The notes: a model not told the origin generated them from the letters alone. A stretch of DNA of 64,000 nt from Eledone cirrhosa (GCA_964016885.1 OZ024745.1:127534001-127598000); one strand, 5' to 3'. Numbered from the stretch's first letter, positions 1 to 13,308 are shown. Made by a program: numbers and translations.

Positions 1-177
1 AGTATTAAGTGTGTTGACGCCACAAACGTAAACGTATCCTTCTCATAAAACATATAACAAAACACAAATAAAAACAATATTTAATAAAAAGATCAAAAAG
101 CACATAAAATGGAGGTGGGTAGTGAGGAGCAAAACAATTAGATTCTCCAACTCTTAAATTATTATTCTTTATGTTGA

Positions 178-352
178 GTGGATTGGCAGTATCGGTAGAG
201 GGTCGGACGCTATGCTTTCTAGCATGGAGTTACGGCCCTTGCCATTCTGAGTTCGAATCCCGCCAAGGTTAACTTTTCCTTTCATCCATACGATAAAATA
301 AAGTACCAGTAATGCACTGGTGGTGCCTTGTGCCAAAGAGTAGAAACAATTA
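178..352 (+). mobile_element. tRNA-derived SINE family A, full copy
   Basis: Pol III A-box-like TGGCAGTATCGG and B-box-like GAGTTCGAATCC, body CTTTCATCC..GATAAAATAAAGTACCAG, tail CCTTGTGCCAAAAGAGTAGAAACAATTATT; flanked by near-direct repeats attattctttatgttg / attattgtttatgttg. Confidence 0.85.
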
Positions 353-494
353 TTGTTTATGTTGGAGAAAAAAAAACTTTGTTAACAGATCGTATTTTTT
401 TTTAATTCTTCTTTTTTCAGCCAATTTTTTCTTCTATCTCTGACATTTTTTCTCTCTCATTCTTCTTCTCTGCGTCTCTTCCTTCCTACACATT

Positions 495-515
495 GCCTTT
501 CTTTCTTTCTTTTGT

Positions 516-571
<56 letters not shown>

Positions 572-630
572 TTTCTTTTTCATTCTTTTTCTTTCTTTCT
601 TTTTCTTTCTTTTTCTTTCTTTCGTTCTAC

Positions 631-673
<43 letters not shown>

Positions 674-766
674 TTGTCCTTCATTTTCTGCTTTTTTTGT
701 TTTTCGCCTCTAGTTATTTGTCACTGACAGGTCTATCTCTCCCCCTCTCTCTCCCCCTCTCTCTCA

Positions 767-820
<54 letters not shown>

Positions 821-840
821 GTCTGTCTGTCTCTCTATCT
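495..840. repeat. Compound microsatellite (TTTC)n/(CT)n/(ATCT)n
   Basis: Direct reading. Confidence 0.95.
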
Positions 841-889
841 AATTTTATTATATATAGTTTATTGTTATTTATTAATGTTAAAGTTATAT

Positions 890-965
890 GATTTTTATGT
901 AAAACCCCCGCCGTCACGTCTTGTAATGTCCCATTTTTGTACGCCCCTGTGGCAAATAAAGAAAG
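890..965 (+). mobile_element. 3' terminus of Tx1/L1-like LINE
   Basis: tgtaatgtcccatttttgtacgcccctgtggcaaataaagaaa resembles the LINE tail at 55885-55935 (minus strand). Confidence 0.45.
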
Positions 966-1699
966 ATATCTATCTGTCTATCTACCCCCCCTCTATCTAT
1001 CTATCTATGTCATTTTCTTTTGCCACTCCCCTTCCTTTTCCCCCGCTTCACTCCTTCTCTCTCTCTTCTTCTTTATCATTCTCGACCTACATCTTACTCC
1101 ATGCATTTCTCCTTCCTTTCTCGTTTATCCCTCCCCCTATCTCTCTGTTCTCCTTTACATTTCCTATCTACTTATATACGTTATTTCTCCTCCCACAACA
1201 GACTCCACCAACCAACCAACCAACCAACCATCCATCCAACCAGTCAGCCAGCCAACCAAACCATTCCCCCACCGTCTGCTGTTTGGAGCTGAGGTTATTC
1301 AGTGCAGTTAGTCAAGCGAAACTTCTTAAGAATATAGAATAACATTAGAGCCGTATGTAGCGTTTTTTTTTCCTTCTTGTTTTTGACACTCTGGTTATTG
1401 TTGTTGTTGATGTTGTTGTGGTTGTTGTTTTGAGTTTTGTTTTTGTTGCAGAGTTTTAGTAGTTGCCTTTGTTGTTGTAAACATCGTTAATTTTTGTTGT
1501 TTTAATTATTGTTGTTATTGTTTGTGATGATTATTCTCTTAGTTGTTATTGTTGTTGTTGTCCTTGTTGTTGTTGTTGTAAGCGAGGTCATTGTTGTTAT
1601 CGGTTTTCGTGTTGGCACAGATATTGTTGATGTTGTTCTTGTTTGCGATAAAGTTCTTCTTGTTTTGTTTTTCTTCTTTTTATGATTAGCATGGTTTTA

Positions 1700-1905
1700 T
1701 TTAGCCCTGGGCCATGGCCGATCAGTGACCACATAGACCTATATTCAAAGGTATTTAAGCTGTGACAATCCAGCCATTTTTATATATTTAGAACTACAAT
1801 GCCTAATGTCTCGCTTCGTTTTTCTTTGTGTCGATATGGTTTACTTTGGTGATTATTTGACTGCTAGTTCAACCGAGCCTAGAAGCCAATCACAGACTAG
1901 AGGCG
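1700..1905 (+). repeat. Unclassified interspersed repeat (GCTATTTCTAGCAGG..GACCACGTAGAG family); related copies about 2480-2640, 2700-2890, 9780-9910(-), 44640-44740, 45640-45870, 61530-61700(-)
   Basis: Recurrent motif ttggctgctatttctag..gaccac(a/g)tagag with an upstream agacctatgatcaaaggcattccagc-like segment. Confidence 0.6.
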
Positions 1906-1934
1906 CATCTCTCTAAATCTAAAGTCTGACTCAA

Positions 1935-2195
1935 CCAGGGAGGCTCATCGGGCCGGCGTTTATACCGGTTTCGTGGCGTAAAGCGACTGAGAGCACACGA
2001 TTCTTCCCTGGACAGGACATCAGTCAATCACAGGGTTAAACCCCCAGCTATTGCTGGTACGCATTTTCAGCTGAGTATTCTGGAACAACGTGAAATGAAG
2101 TGTTTTGCTCAAGAACACACACAGACACACACATCCCAGCTCAGGAATCGAACCCACGACATTATGATCGTAAGTCCAACACCCTTAGCACTAGG
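1935..2195 (-). mobile_element. tRNA-derived SINE family D
   Basis: Reverse complement matches the copy at 8139-8390; B-box-like GGTTCGATTCC; segment AACCCTGTGATTGACTGATGTCCTGTCCAGGG. Confidence 0.75.
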
Positions 2196-2914
2196 CTTGT
2201 TTCGCTGCCCGGACATGATAGCGCGTTAGGTTTCTGAGTCAGGAATTTCATTTTACGTAGCCCCTGCCCACTTAGCTGACTAAATGAATACCACTAACAG
2301 CTTGGGTTAAGTTTGCGACGGTTTAATGTTTCCTCAGGAGATAGGGATAGGTGGTTAGGAAGTGTTGTACTCTCAGTCACTCAACACTTCATGGAATCAA
2401 TATAAGTTCCAAAATTATGAGCTTCTTGGCTCGAAAAACATGTTTTTAAAGGCTCCTTTGCTGGTTCGCTATTCGAACCTTCATTAAGGAAACCAATGTT
2501 CACGAATATTCTAGTTACAACCACCCCATCTTTCATTTTTCAAACATACTACGTACATAGCGCAACATTATATGAAAAGTAATATGAAAGAGATTTGACA
2601 GCTATTTCTAGCAGGGTGAGCCACCACGTAGAGATGGCTTTGGTGACTGTTGTTAAAGTTATCTTAGGTATTTATATTGCTGCTGTTGTTATTGTCCAAC
2701 CTTAAGTAAACCATAATTGAGTAAAGCTATGATCTTCCTATTTTCTTGTTTTTTTTTATCAGATAAGTATATCTATTACTACATTATTTGATATGTTCTT
2801 CCTTTCCTTAAGACCATAGTTTAGGATATGTGAGCAATTTGGCTGCTATTTCTAGAACGTCGTGAGACCACACAGAGATTCATTTGCTGGATAAGTTTCA
2901 AGTTATTAAGGATG

Positions 2915-3300
2915 ACATTCAAAGCTAAGCTCGGCGGGGTTTGAACTCAGAGCGTAAAGTTCAAATCCCGCCGAGGTTAGCTTTGCATGTCATCCTTACA
3001 GGGTCGATAAAATAAAGTAGCAGTAACGTACTGGGATCGATTTAATCGACTTTCCCCTCCCCCAAAATTGTTGGCATTGTGCATAAATCAGAAACTATTA
3101 TTTTAGAGCGTCGGACAACATGCTTCGCGGCATAGAGTTCAGCCCTTTACGTTCTGAGTTCAAACTACACCGAGGTTAACTTTGTCTTTCATCATTTTGG
3201 GGTCGATAACATAAAGTACCAATTTTACACTGGGGTCGATTTAATCGACTCTCCCTTTCCCTAAGAATTGCTGGCCTTGTGCCTAAATCAGAAACCAATC
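2915..3300 (+). mobile_element. Cluster of SINE A copies (short inverted fragment plus two tandem copies)
   Basis: Repeated TTCAAATCCCGCCGAGGTTA, GGGGTCGATAA and GATTTAATCGAC motifs. Confidence 0.8.
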
Positions 3301-3439
3301 CACCGCCCTCCATTATTATTATTAGTGGTAAAGATAAAGATAACCATACTATTAGACCATCTTTTTACAGCAGCATAGCTGGAGTGCCACCTTCAAGAGT
3401 TTAATGGATTATACCGACTCCAGTAGTTAATATCAATCA

Positions 3440-3830
3440 CTATGTATTGTTCTCTAAATATAGTTTTTGCAAATACATATACAAAATTACAAAAAAATAC
3501 AGTAACCTAAGTAAACATAAAAGAACAGCCAAAATCCCACTGTCATCGCCTCCATCTCTCTCGCCCTCCCAATCTCTCCGTATGGTGAGCAAATGGGGTT
3601 CCACGTGCTGGCCTCCCCACAGCCCCGGCAGACAGAATGGGGAAGGCGTTTCCCCGGAGGATGATAAGGGAGATATGCTGGAAGAACCATTCCAACTCGC
3701 GAGGCTCACACATGCGGCTGGCCAGCTCAGCGCCTATGGTGGTGAGTAGGGCGGTAGCCCTAGGGCCAAGGACACCAGACGTCTCCACTGCCAACAGCAC
3801 GACCCGAACTCTTATTGTCTAACCCAGCTA
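3440..3830 (-). mobile_element. 3' fragment of CRE-like RLE non-LTR retrotransposon
   Basis: Translation LAVETSGVLGPRATALLTTIGAELASRMCEPRELEWFFQHISLIILRGNAFPIL fits the CRE-type C-terminal pattern AVET.G..GP.A...QR.S..I.RGNA..IL. Confidence 0.75.
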
Positions 3831-4209
3831 TGGACAACTTTTTCGAGCAGCGGACCGCATATGATGTGACTCTTCATAAGGAGGGGCGCTCTACTAAAAA
3901 ATTGAAGGCAATTTTGAAATTAGGCGTGTTATTCAGAAAGCCAAACAAGCCGCAGTTTACCCATGACCAAGCAACCTCGAGCAACAAACGCCTTTAGACT
4001 GTAAACAGAAACACACGGAATGCTTCTTACGTATGTTGTCTGTAGTTTTGTTCTTTGCAACAACAAAACAATACAATAATTTTATTGCTGCTTATTAAGA
4101 GATGTGTGTACGAGTATTTCTTATCTTCTTCTGGTATAGTGAACGGTGAAATATGACTTGGTTCATTTAACGAGTTATGGAAACTGATAAGGAAAGTCTC
4201 ACACCCACA

Positions 4210-4269
4210 CGTGTATACACACACACACATAGTTACATACACACACACACACACACCCACACACCCACA

Positions 4270-4360
<91 letters not shown>
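4210..4360. repeat. (CA)n microsatellite
   Basis: Direct reading. Confidence 0.95.
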
Positions 4361-4364
<4 letters not shown>

Positions 4365-4459
4365 TGGCAAAGAACAAAACAAAAACAAGCAGTGCAGTTA
4401 CGAACAGTGTTGGTATTAGGTTCACGCTTTTGCAGCTATATATTTATATATATATATAA

Positions 4460-4575
4460 CAGCGTGGCTGAATGGTAAGAGAATTGGATTCACAATCATG
4501 AGGTTGTCAGTTCGATTCTTGGACCGGGCGATGTGTTATGTCCTTGAGCAAGACACTTTATTTCACGTTGCTCCT
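4460..4575 (+). mobile_element. SINE D-related 5' fragment (tRNA head plus CORE-like segment)
   Basis: GTGGCTGAATGGTAAG A-box-like, GTTCGATTC B-box-like, GTCCTTGAGCAAGACACTTTATTTCACGTTGCTCC. Confidence 0.7.
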
Positions 4576-4674
4576 TCTACATCGACTTGCAGCCAATAGA
4601 TAGTATTAGCAATTGGAAAGACCAACGTAAACATTGTTTCCCCGGTCCGATTTGACGAAAGTCGATCAACTATA

Positions 4675-4742
<68 letters not shown>

Positions 4743-4764
4743 ACATATAATTGCAGCTATATAT

Positions 4765-4895
4765 CTCTCTATATAAAATTATTTGTCTGTCTGTCTGTTC
4801 CAATGCATTCTCAAACGGCTGGACCAAATCAAATCAGATTTTACAAGGTAATAGTATTAGACCCCAGGAGTGTCAACATGTAATTTTTATTTTCA
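4765..4895 (+). mobile_element. Helitron-like non-autonomous 5' end
   Basis: TCTATATAAAA start, (TGTC)n, then CTCAAACGGCTGGACC, a pattern typical of non-autonomous Helitron 5' regions. Confidence 0.4.
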
Positions 4896-5463
4896 TTTGG
4901 ATTAAAACAATATAACATTTTACCTAAATTGAAGTGAAAGCAACTGGTGCGTGTGTTTCTTATTGGCAACATGACCCTCCCAAAGCATAACAATATTTTA
5001 CCTAAAATAATATTTCTATAGTCAACTATAGTAACCACGACGACAACGTCACATTTTGTATATGAGTGTGTATGTGTCTGTGAGTGTGTGTGTCTGTGTG
5101 TGTTTGCGAGTTCGTTACGTACATTAGGCCTTAGAGAATTAAACACACACACACACACACATCTACACATACATATGTAGTGACAGACAAGTAATAGGTG
5201 TGCGAGAATGTATGTCTGTGTGTCTGTCATAGAATATGTATGTGAGAGTGTATGTGTGTGTGAGTGTATGTGTGATAATCAACGTTATTCCCCATACGAA
5301 TCATCGTTACACAATAAGCGTCATGGCTGGAATTTTGAATAACATATAAAATTCATCCGACAGGCTTCCGTACAGTTTCCGTTTCCCCAATATCCCTCAA
5401 AAAGTTCGGGTTGACCTCATATTTGTGGAGGGAACTTTTTAATCACTCAGCCATGCTCACGCT

Positions 5464-5645
5464 CAGGGCCGGATTAAGTTCTTTTGAGGTCCTAAGCACT
5501 TAAAAGGTTATGGTGTCCCTAGATATAAAGTCTGCAAAAAAGATTTTTGGAATAACGATATATTTAATTTGAATTAAATATTACCCCCTGTCTCTTGATG
5601 CCCTAAAAAATATGATTATTTTGCCTAATATTTAATCCGGCCATA
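5464..5645. mobile_element. hAT-like MITE
   Basis: TIRs CAGGGCCGGATTA / TAATCCGGCCATA; no clear TSD. Confidence 0.6.
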
Positions 5646-5740
5646 CAAACATGGATACATATCCATACACACTCAAACACACACACACACACATCCATAC
5701 ATAGCTCCTTATTTTATTGAGTTATTTGTCGAACATTTTA

Positions 5741-5960
5741 ATTATTACAGTATCACTGATAAGGTTGTAGACTTAATCTGCCACCTGGTTAGCGAAGTTC
5801 TCAGATCTTTTGGTACTTTCAGATGAGTTCAACCTGCTGCAAACAATTTAAATTATAACAGTACCATTCATAAGGTAGTAGACTTAATCTGCCACCCGGT
5901 TAGCTCAGTTCTCAAATCTTTGGATGCGTTCAGTATCACTTAACCTGCTGCAAACCTTAT
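5741..5960. repeat. Tandem duplication of an approximately 110-bp unit
   Basis: gtagacttaatctgccacc.ggttagc...aacctgctgcaaac occurs twice. Confidence 0.85.
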
Positions 5961-7075
5961 GACCAGGTCTGATATCTAAGGATAAATTCCTCCCTTCCTC
6001 TCATCAGTTTTCGTGAAGGATTAATGGGCGCTGCTCCTCTTCCTTTGACTAATCTAAGAAGGAAAAAAATGTCATTTAGACATGTTCTGATATTGCAATG
6101 TTTTTAGGGGCCGAATGGTTTAGAGGTTAGCTTCATTATCACGATAACCACGATTGTGTCCTATTGCGTGATATACAAGGCAATTGTCTTTTACAATAAT
6201 GTATGCAGCAAGTAACAGTGTTGAGACGGTGTATGGTAGCATACAAACACATATATTTAGTATTGGTGCTCTTAAGTAGCTATGTATATATGAATGTATG
6301 TATAGTATATTTGATAATATACATTCATATATACATCGCTACTTCAGAGCAACGATACTAATACCTAATTTTTCCTGGACCGGCAACCCCTCTGTTTAAT
6401 CAGTTCTTAAACATTACTGGAATTCTATAAGAATCCAGCTTCTATAATTCTCGGCAGAAGCGAAGAGGTAAGTAGTCTTGATAACAGCTAACGAGCGAGA
6501 AACAGGACTGTCGATTACTCCCCTTTGTTTTTGCCGAGAATAAATAAGTGATTAAAATTCATACCGAATGGTCTTCAAAATGTTTTTAATTAAACATACA
6601 GAATATTATCAAATAAACTATACATACATGTATATTTGTTGTAGGCTATCTTTCGGAGACGATGTTACCTCTAAACGTGCTCCTCCTTGGCTACCATATT
6701 CATGGACAGGCACTGTGTTACTGTGCAAGAAGAAAATATGGAAGTTTATCGAATGAATTTCAACTTCTTTTAAAAGGTATCTCCATACTCACAGTTTTAA
6801 AATTGCGAATCATTTCTATTTGCCTCCTTCAGAAACAATAAGATTTGGTTTTTATTAATCAGTGTACATTAATTATATAATATACAGTTTTATCTAGTTA
6901 TGGTATAATGTGTTTTACTAATTATTGTCGTATAATTCTACACACTTCGACAACCATTCTTCAAACCAGTGACGAAGTCCATAATGAATGTCAGCATTCA
7001 GAATGGATGGCTGATAACGAGAAAGCTTTGTTTTTTTCGTCGGTATTGTTAAATTGTTTCATCCTGTTTCCAACA

Positions 7076-7173
<98 letters not shown>

Positions 7174-7862
7174 GAAAAACTCAGATTACATTTATTGTAT
7201 TCAGCCATGTAGAGCGAAATTTTGTTTATATATATATATATATATATAATAAAATATAGAGAAAAATACTGCAGGTAGCACATGGATAACATGTAATAAA
7301 ATGAGTCCCTCATCAGTGATTTGCCGACGATCATAGATATTTCATTGCATTAAAAATCATATACCTCACGTCGGTGCAATAATAACCAAAATAAGTTATT
7401 AGGACAATTGAAACGCGTAAAGCGAGTGAGACAGGAGAACAACAAAGAGTATAGCTAACCGTAGGGGAAAGAAACAAGCTTCAAAAATTATTCTGTTTAG
7501 CATAAGCTAGGTGAATATATGAGCGCTTTTAGAACAGACCCGACACGAGCGAGGGCTATGTGAGAAGAGAGAAAAATAGCCTTCGTGGTGTACAGGATGA
7601 AATGAAGAGAAGAGAAACAGTGAGTGAGTGAAAGTGTGAGGAAGAGTTAACTGACATGACAGAGGGGGAGAAGCAGAGAGAATGGGGGAACAGTAAGAGA
7701 GAGAGAGAGAGAAAAAACACAGAATCGCAGTGGTGAATATATGTAATAAAATATAGAGAAAAATACTGCAGGTAGCACATGGATAACATGTAATAAAATG
7801 AGTCCCTCATCAGTGATTTGCCGACGATCATAGATATTTCATTGCATTAAATATATATATAT

Positions 7863-7897
<35 letters not shown>

Positions 7898-7898
<1 letters not shown>

Positions 7899-8105
7899 AC
7901 AAAGGAAGTGTGGTAAGGAACCAGATGGACCATAACGCACCAGAGTACTCAATACTTAGGGTAGTAGATTGGCAAATAGGAAAAAGTATGACCCCGACGG
8001 CAGAGCTCAAGCCGTTTCGACGGCTATTTCTGGACTAAATTCTAATTTAGTCCAGAAATAGCCGTCGAAACGGCTTGAGCTCTGCCGTCGGGGTCATACC
8101 TTTTC

Positions 8106-8108
<3 letters not shown>
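7898..8108 (-). mobile_element. Asymmetric fold-back element family F in (TA)n
   Basis: About 63-bp inverted arms (ccccgacggcagagctcaagccgtttcgacggctatttctggac) plus about 80-bp one-sided extension; five copies in the window. Confidence 0.85.
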
Positions 8109-8137
<29 letters not shown>

Positions 8138-8138
8138 G

Positions 8139-8390
8139 TGGAAGCACGTGGCCTAGTAGTAAGGATGTTGGACTGGGTTGTGTGTTGTGTTCTTGAGCAA
8201 AACATTTCATTTCACGTTGCTCCAGTATACTGAGCTGAAAATGAGTACCAGCAGTAACTGGGTGTTTAACCCTGCGATGGACTGGCGTCCTGTCCAGGGG
8301 GAAGTCTTGTAATCTCAGTCGCTTGACGCCATGAAACCGGGATAAGCACCGGCCAAATGAGCCTTCTGGCTTAAGACAGATTTTAGACTT
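8139..8390 (+). mobile_element. tRNA-derived SINE family D (central segment resembles the MetaSINE domain, from memory)
   Basis: GTGGCCTAGTAG head, TTCTTGAGCAAAACA, AACCCTGCGATGGACTGGCGTCCTGTCCAGGGG, GAAACCGGGATAAGC. Confidence 0.75.
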
Positions 8391-9009
8391 ATTCTTGCAT
8401 GACTACATACACACACACGCACACACAAATACACACACACATACATACACACAAATACACTATGCTCTCAGCTTTTCTTGTCAACATTCAAAAGGAATGA
8501 GAAAACACATTGCAAGAGAAAAGTGTCAATTGTCTCAACTAGATAAAAAGGGATGAGGTGTGATTTAATAGAAATGGCGCAACCGGGAATTAAAACTGAA
8601 TTGCAACCCGGTTTTTCTGGAACTCACTGTCACCACATCTAAAACACAAGTACGCACTCATAAATAAATACATTAACAGAAAAAAAAAGAAAAAAAAAGG
8701 GTTAATGAGCAGAGATCAGTTTGTTGTATGAAGCTTTTTCAATCCAGTTCAGAACCGTAACCAGCTAATTATTCATGACGTAGAATAGTCAATTAAGCAG
8801 TTCACACGGAACAGTTCACCACAAACCATTTAACATGGAAGACCGGGTTCGTGGTATGAAAGCTGCTTACTCTCTCCAGTTGAACCGATGTTGCGTAGCT
8901 ATTATGTGTGCCTAACTGAGAACAAATAGCAGGATATTAACGATTTCCTACTTTAAGAAATTGCCAAGAATCAATGGATTGTAACTATTAAGCGTGAACC
9001 ATAGTAAGT

Positions 9010-9222
9010 TATGGCACATGTAGCAATATTGGAAGTAACCTGTCCTGTTAGTGTTTACTAACCATGGTGGGGCATCACATGTGGCATTATTTGAAGTAAC
9101 CTGCCCAGTTAGTGTTAACTAACTATGGTAAAGCATCACACATGTAGCATTATTGGCAGTAATCTGTCCTGTTAGTGTTAACTAAGGTGTCACATGTGAC
9201 ATTATTGGAAATAACCTGTCCA
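9010..9222. repeat. About 60-bp minisatellite, about 3.5 units
   Basis: cacatgt.gcattatt.gaagtaacctg.cctgttagtgttaactaa repeated. Confidence 0.85.
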
Positions 9223-9262
9223 TAACAATGACAACACCAACTACTCTGTTAACAAGACAATA

Positions 9263-9440
9263 ATGGTTTATAATTTAGGTACAAGGAGGCCAACAGTATT
9301 AGGGGAGGGGAAAGTTGATTAAATCGACTCCAGTGCATTACTGGTACTTTATTTTATAAAGCCCGTAAGGTTAAAAGGTAAAGTTAACCTCGGTGAGATT
9401 TGAACTCAGAACGTAAAGGGACATAACTCTATGCAGCAAT
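9263..9440 (-). mobile_element. SINE A (long variant), 5'-truncated
   Basis: ctggtacttt..aagttaacctcgg..gatttgaactcag. Confidence 0.75.
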
Positions 9441-9582
9441 AATCATTTAAGCTCTTAAGACTTTACAAGAACTTAATCTCATCCTGGGCCTTGGTCCTAA
9501 GATGGCAGATGAAGAATAGTATAATGTGAAAGAATAATCATTTCTTTATTGGCCACAAGGGCCGATAATGTGGAAGAATAAT

Positions 9583-9735
9583 TGTTTCTACTTTTGGCAC
9601 AAGGCCAACAATTACCCCAGTGCATTACTGGTACTTTATTTTATCGACCCCGTAAGGATGAAAGGCAAAATGAACCTCGGCGGGATTTGAACTCAGAACG
9701 TAAAAGGCCATAACTCTATGCTGCAAAGCAATCCA
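9583..9735 (-). mobile_element. SINE A
   Basis: tgtttctacttttggcacaaggcc...gatttgaactcagaacgtaaa. Confidence 0.8.
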
Positions 9736-9989
9736 ACAATAATAACATCAATATCACGACCAATAAGAAGAACGTGAGGTTCGTTCTACGTGGTCTTTCG
9801 ACCTGCTAGAAATAACAGTAAAATCTCCCTCAGATCATATTTCCATTATCTTTAAAAGGGAAAAGAAGAGGTGTTCATGACTGGAATGCTTTTGATTATA
9901 AGGGCTGTTTGATAGGGGCGGGCTTTAGGATAAACAATAAGAACCAATATCATGACAAACGTCGCTTCCACTGCAACAACAATAGTAAC

Positions 9990-10580
9990 GGTAGCAAGAA
10001 CGCCGTCAACCACCACCAGCAACATCCCCCCACCCCACCAATACCAGCACTATCCCTACCACCACTACCATCAGCAACACCCCACCACCACCACCAACAC
10101 CAGCAACACCCCACCACCACCACCAACACCAGCAACACCCCACCACCACCTCCACCAGCAACACCCCACCACCACCAACACCAGCAACACCCTACCACCA
10201 CCACCACCACCACCACTGCCACCACCACCACCACCAGCAACACCACCACCACCACTGCCACCACCACCACCACCACCAGCAACACCCCACCACCACCACC
10301 AATTCCAGCAGCAGCACCACGACCAGCACTATCCCTACCACCACCACCACCACCACCACCACCCCACCACCACCACCACCACCACCAATTCTAGCAGCAG
10401 CACCACGACCAGCACTATCCCTACCACCACCACCACCAACAACACCCCACCACCACCATCACCACCACCACCAATTCCAGCAGCAGCACCACGAACACCA
10501 CTATCCCTACCACCACCAACACCACCACCAACACCAATACCACCACCACCACCACCACCACCACCACCACCACCACCACT
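9990..10580. repeat. (CCA)n-based higher-order repeat
   Basis: Unit accaattccagcagcagcaccacgaccagcactatccctacc recurs about 4 times within CCA runs. Confidence 0.85.
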
Positions 10581-11029
10581 AACGACGACAATAACAACAA
10601 CAACAGCAACAATAATAAAAAAAAATTATAATAAAGCAGCAGCGAGGAACCTTACACCATCCATGTTACGGGCAGCTGCAGATATGAAACAACAACAAAA
10701 AGACCCACCAAAAAAGACAAGTATAAACAAAAGAATAATAACAATAATAATAATAATAACAATAATAATAACAACGTAATAATAACAACAACAACAACAA
10801 TAATGATCATAATTATTATTACAATAAGAATAATAATAAAAACTATTGCAAAAAATAGTAAATAGTGTTGATAAAGTGCACTGGATGACTCCTGTAAATG
10901 TGAAATTACTGACCATAATGGCGGCGGCTGCGCGGGAGGAATATGGTTCCACATGAAAAGATTTGGATATCAGTAAAATCATGATGAGACGGTTAAAAGA
11001 GAAATATGCAGGAACTATGAACATGATTA

Positions 11030-11938
<909 letters not shown>

Positions 11939-12164
11939 CCAGGGCAATAGTAGGAAGAGATGGAGAAAGAGAAGAAGGATGAGAAGAAGCAGGAGAAGGA
12001 TGAGGAGGAGGAGAAGGAGGAGAAGAAGGAGAAGAAGGAAGAGAAGTAGGAGAAGGAGGAGAATGTTGTTAAATATAAAAGGATTCCATATTGAAAAAGC
12101 AGAAGGCGTTGTTTTATCTTCGAACCTTATGAGAAAGAAGAAAACAAAAAGCAAAAACTGCAAC

Positions 12165-12197
<33 letters not shown>

Positions 12198-12359
12198 GAC
12201 AACAACAACAACAAGAACAAGAACAAGAACAAGAACAAGAACAACAACAACAACAAAGATGAAAAGGCAAAACTAAAAAAAACCCCATAATATAAAATAA
12301 AATAAAATAATATAGAAACACCAAAAAGTCAAATAAAACCTTCAACAAATGTAACATTA

Positions 12360-12397
<38 letters not shown>

Positions 12398-12520
12398 ATA
12401 TATATGTATATACATACATATATATATATATGTATACATATATATATATATATATATATACATACATATATATATATTCATTATATATATATACATATAT
12501 ATGCATATATATATATATAC

Positions 12521-12586
<66 letters not shown>

Positions 12587-12626
12587 CACGTATATATCTA
12601 TATATATATACACGTATATATTACAC

Positions 12627-12663
<37 letters not shown>

Positions 12664-12706
12664 TACACATATACACGTATATATCTCTCTCTATATATAT
12701 ACACGT

Positions 12707-12742
<36 letters not shown>

Positions 12743-12932
12743 CCCCCGAAAAGCAAGAAGAATAAAAGCTAATAATATTAAATGGTGTGCCACCCATTAA
12801 AATGGTATTAGCAGAAACAACAAAGGCTACCAGAGGGATTCTGTGGTTCGAAAATGGCGGAGGTGAGGAAGAATGATGAATGTTATGACAAAAAATGGAA
12901 AGTTTCTCTTATCTATAGGGACCATAGCTTGT

Positions 12933-12971
<39 letters not shown>

Positions 12972-13016
12972 CATATACATAATACATAATATATATATAT
13001 ACATATAATATACATA

Positions 13017-13051
<35 letters not shown>

Positions 13052-13055
<4 letters not shown>

Positions 13056-13239
13056 AACAAGTAAGACCCCGACGGCTGAGCTCAAGCCGTTTCGACGGCT
13101 AATTCCCAGATTTACCCGTCGAAACGGCTTGAGCTCAGCCGTCGGGGTCTTACTTGTTCCTATTACCCACTCTACTACCCTAAGTATTGAGTACTTTGGT
13201 GCGTTATGGTCCACCTGGTTCCTTACCACTTTTCCTTCG

Positions 13240-13241
<2 letters not shown>
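13052..13241 (+). mobile_element. Fold-back element family F (subfamily 2)
   Basis: ataggaacaagtaagaccccgacggctgagctc ... gagctcagccgtcggggtcttacttgttcctat, flanked by (TA)n. Confidence 0.85.

Positions 13242-13308
<67 letters not shown>

Noticed and set aside
178-270. tRNA gene
   Set aside because: A/B boxes belong to multi-copy SINE heads with TSDs; no cloverleaf evident.
5995-6010. Isolated CTGATGA on the minus strand (also near 20722)
   Set aside because: No properly placed GAAA, stem III or UH site, so no hammerhead is called.
9010-9222. CRISPR-like array
   Set aside because: Whole units are similar with no unique spacers; eukaryotic context without cas genes.
9909-10779. Pro/His/Thr-rich ORFs resembling extensin or formin
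   Set aside because: Open in several frames and on both strands because of (CCA)n repeats.
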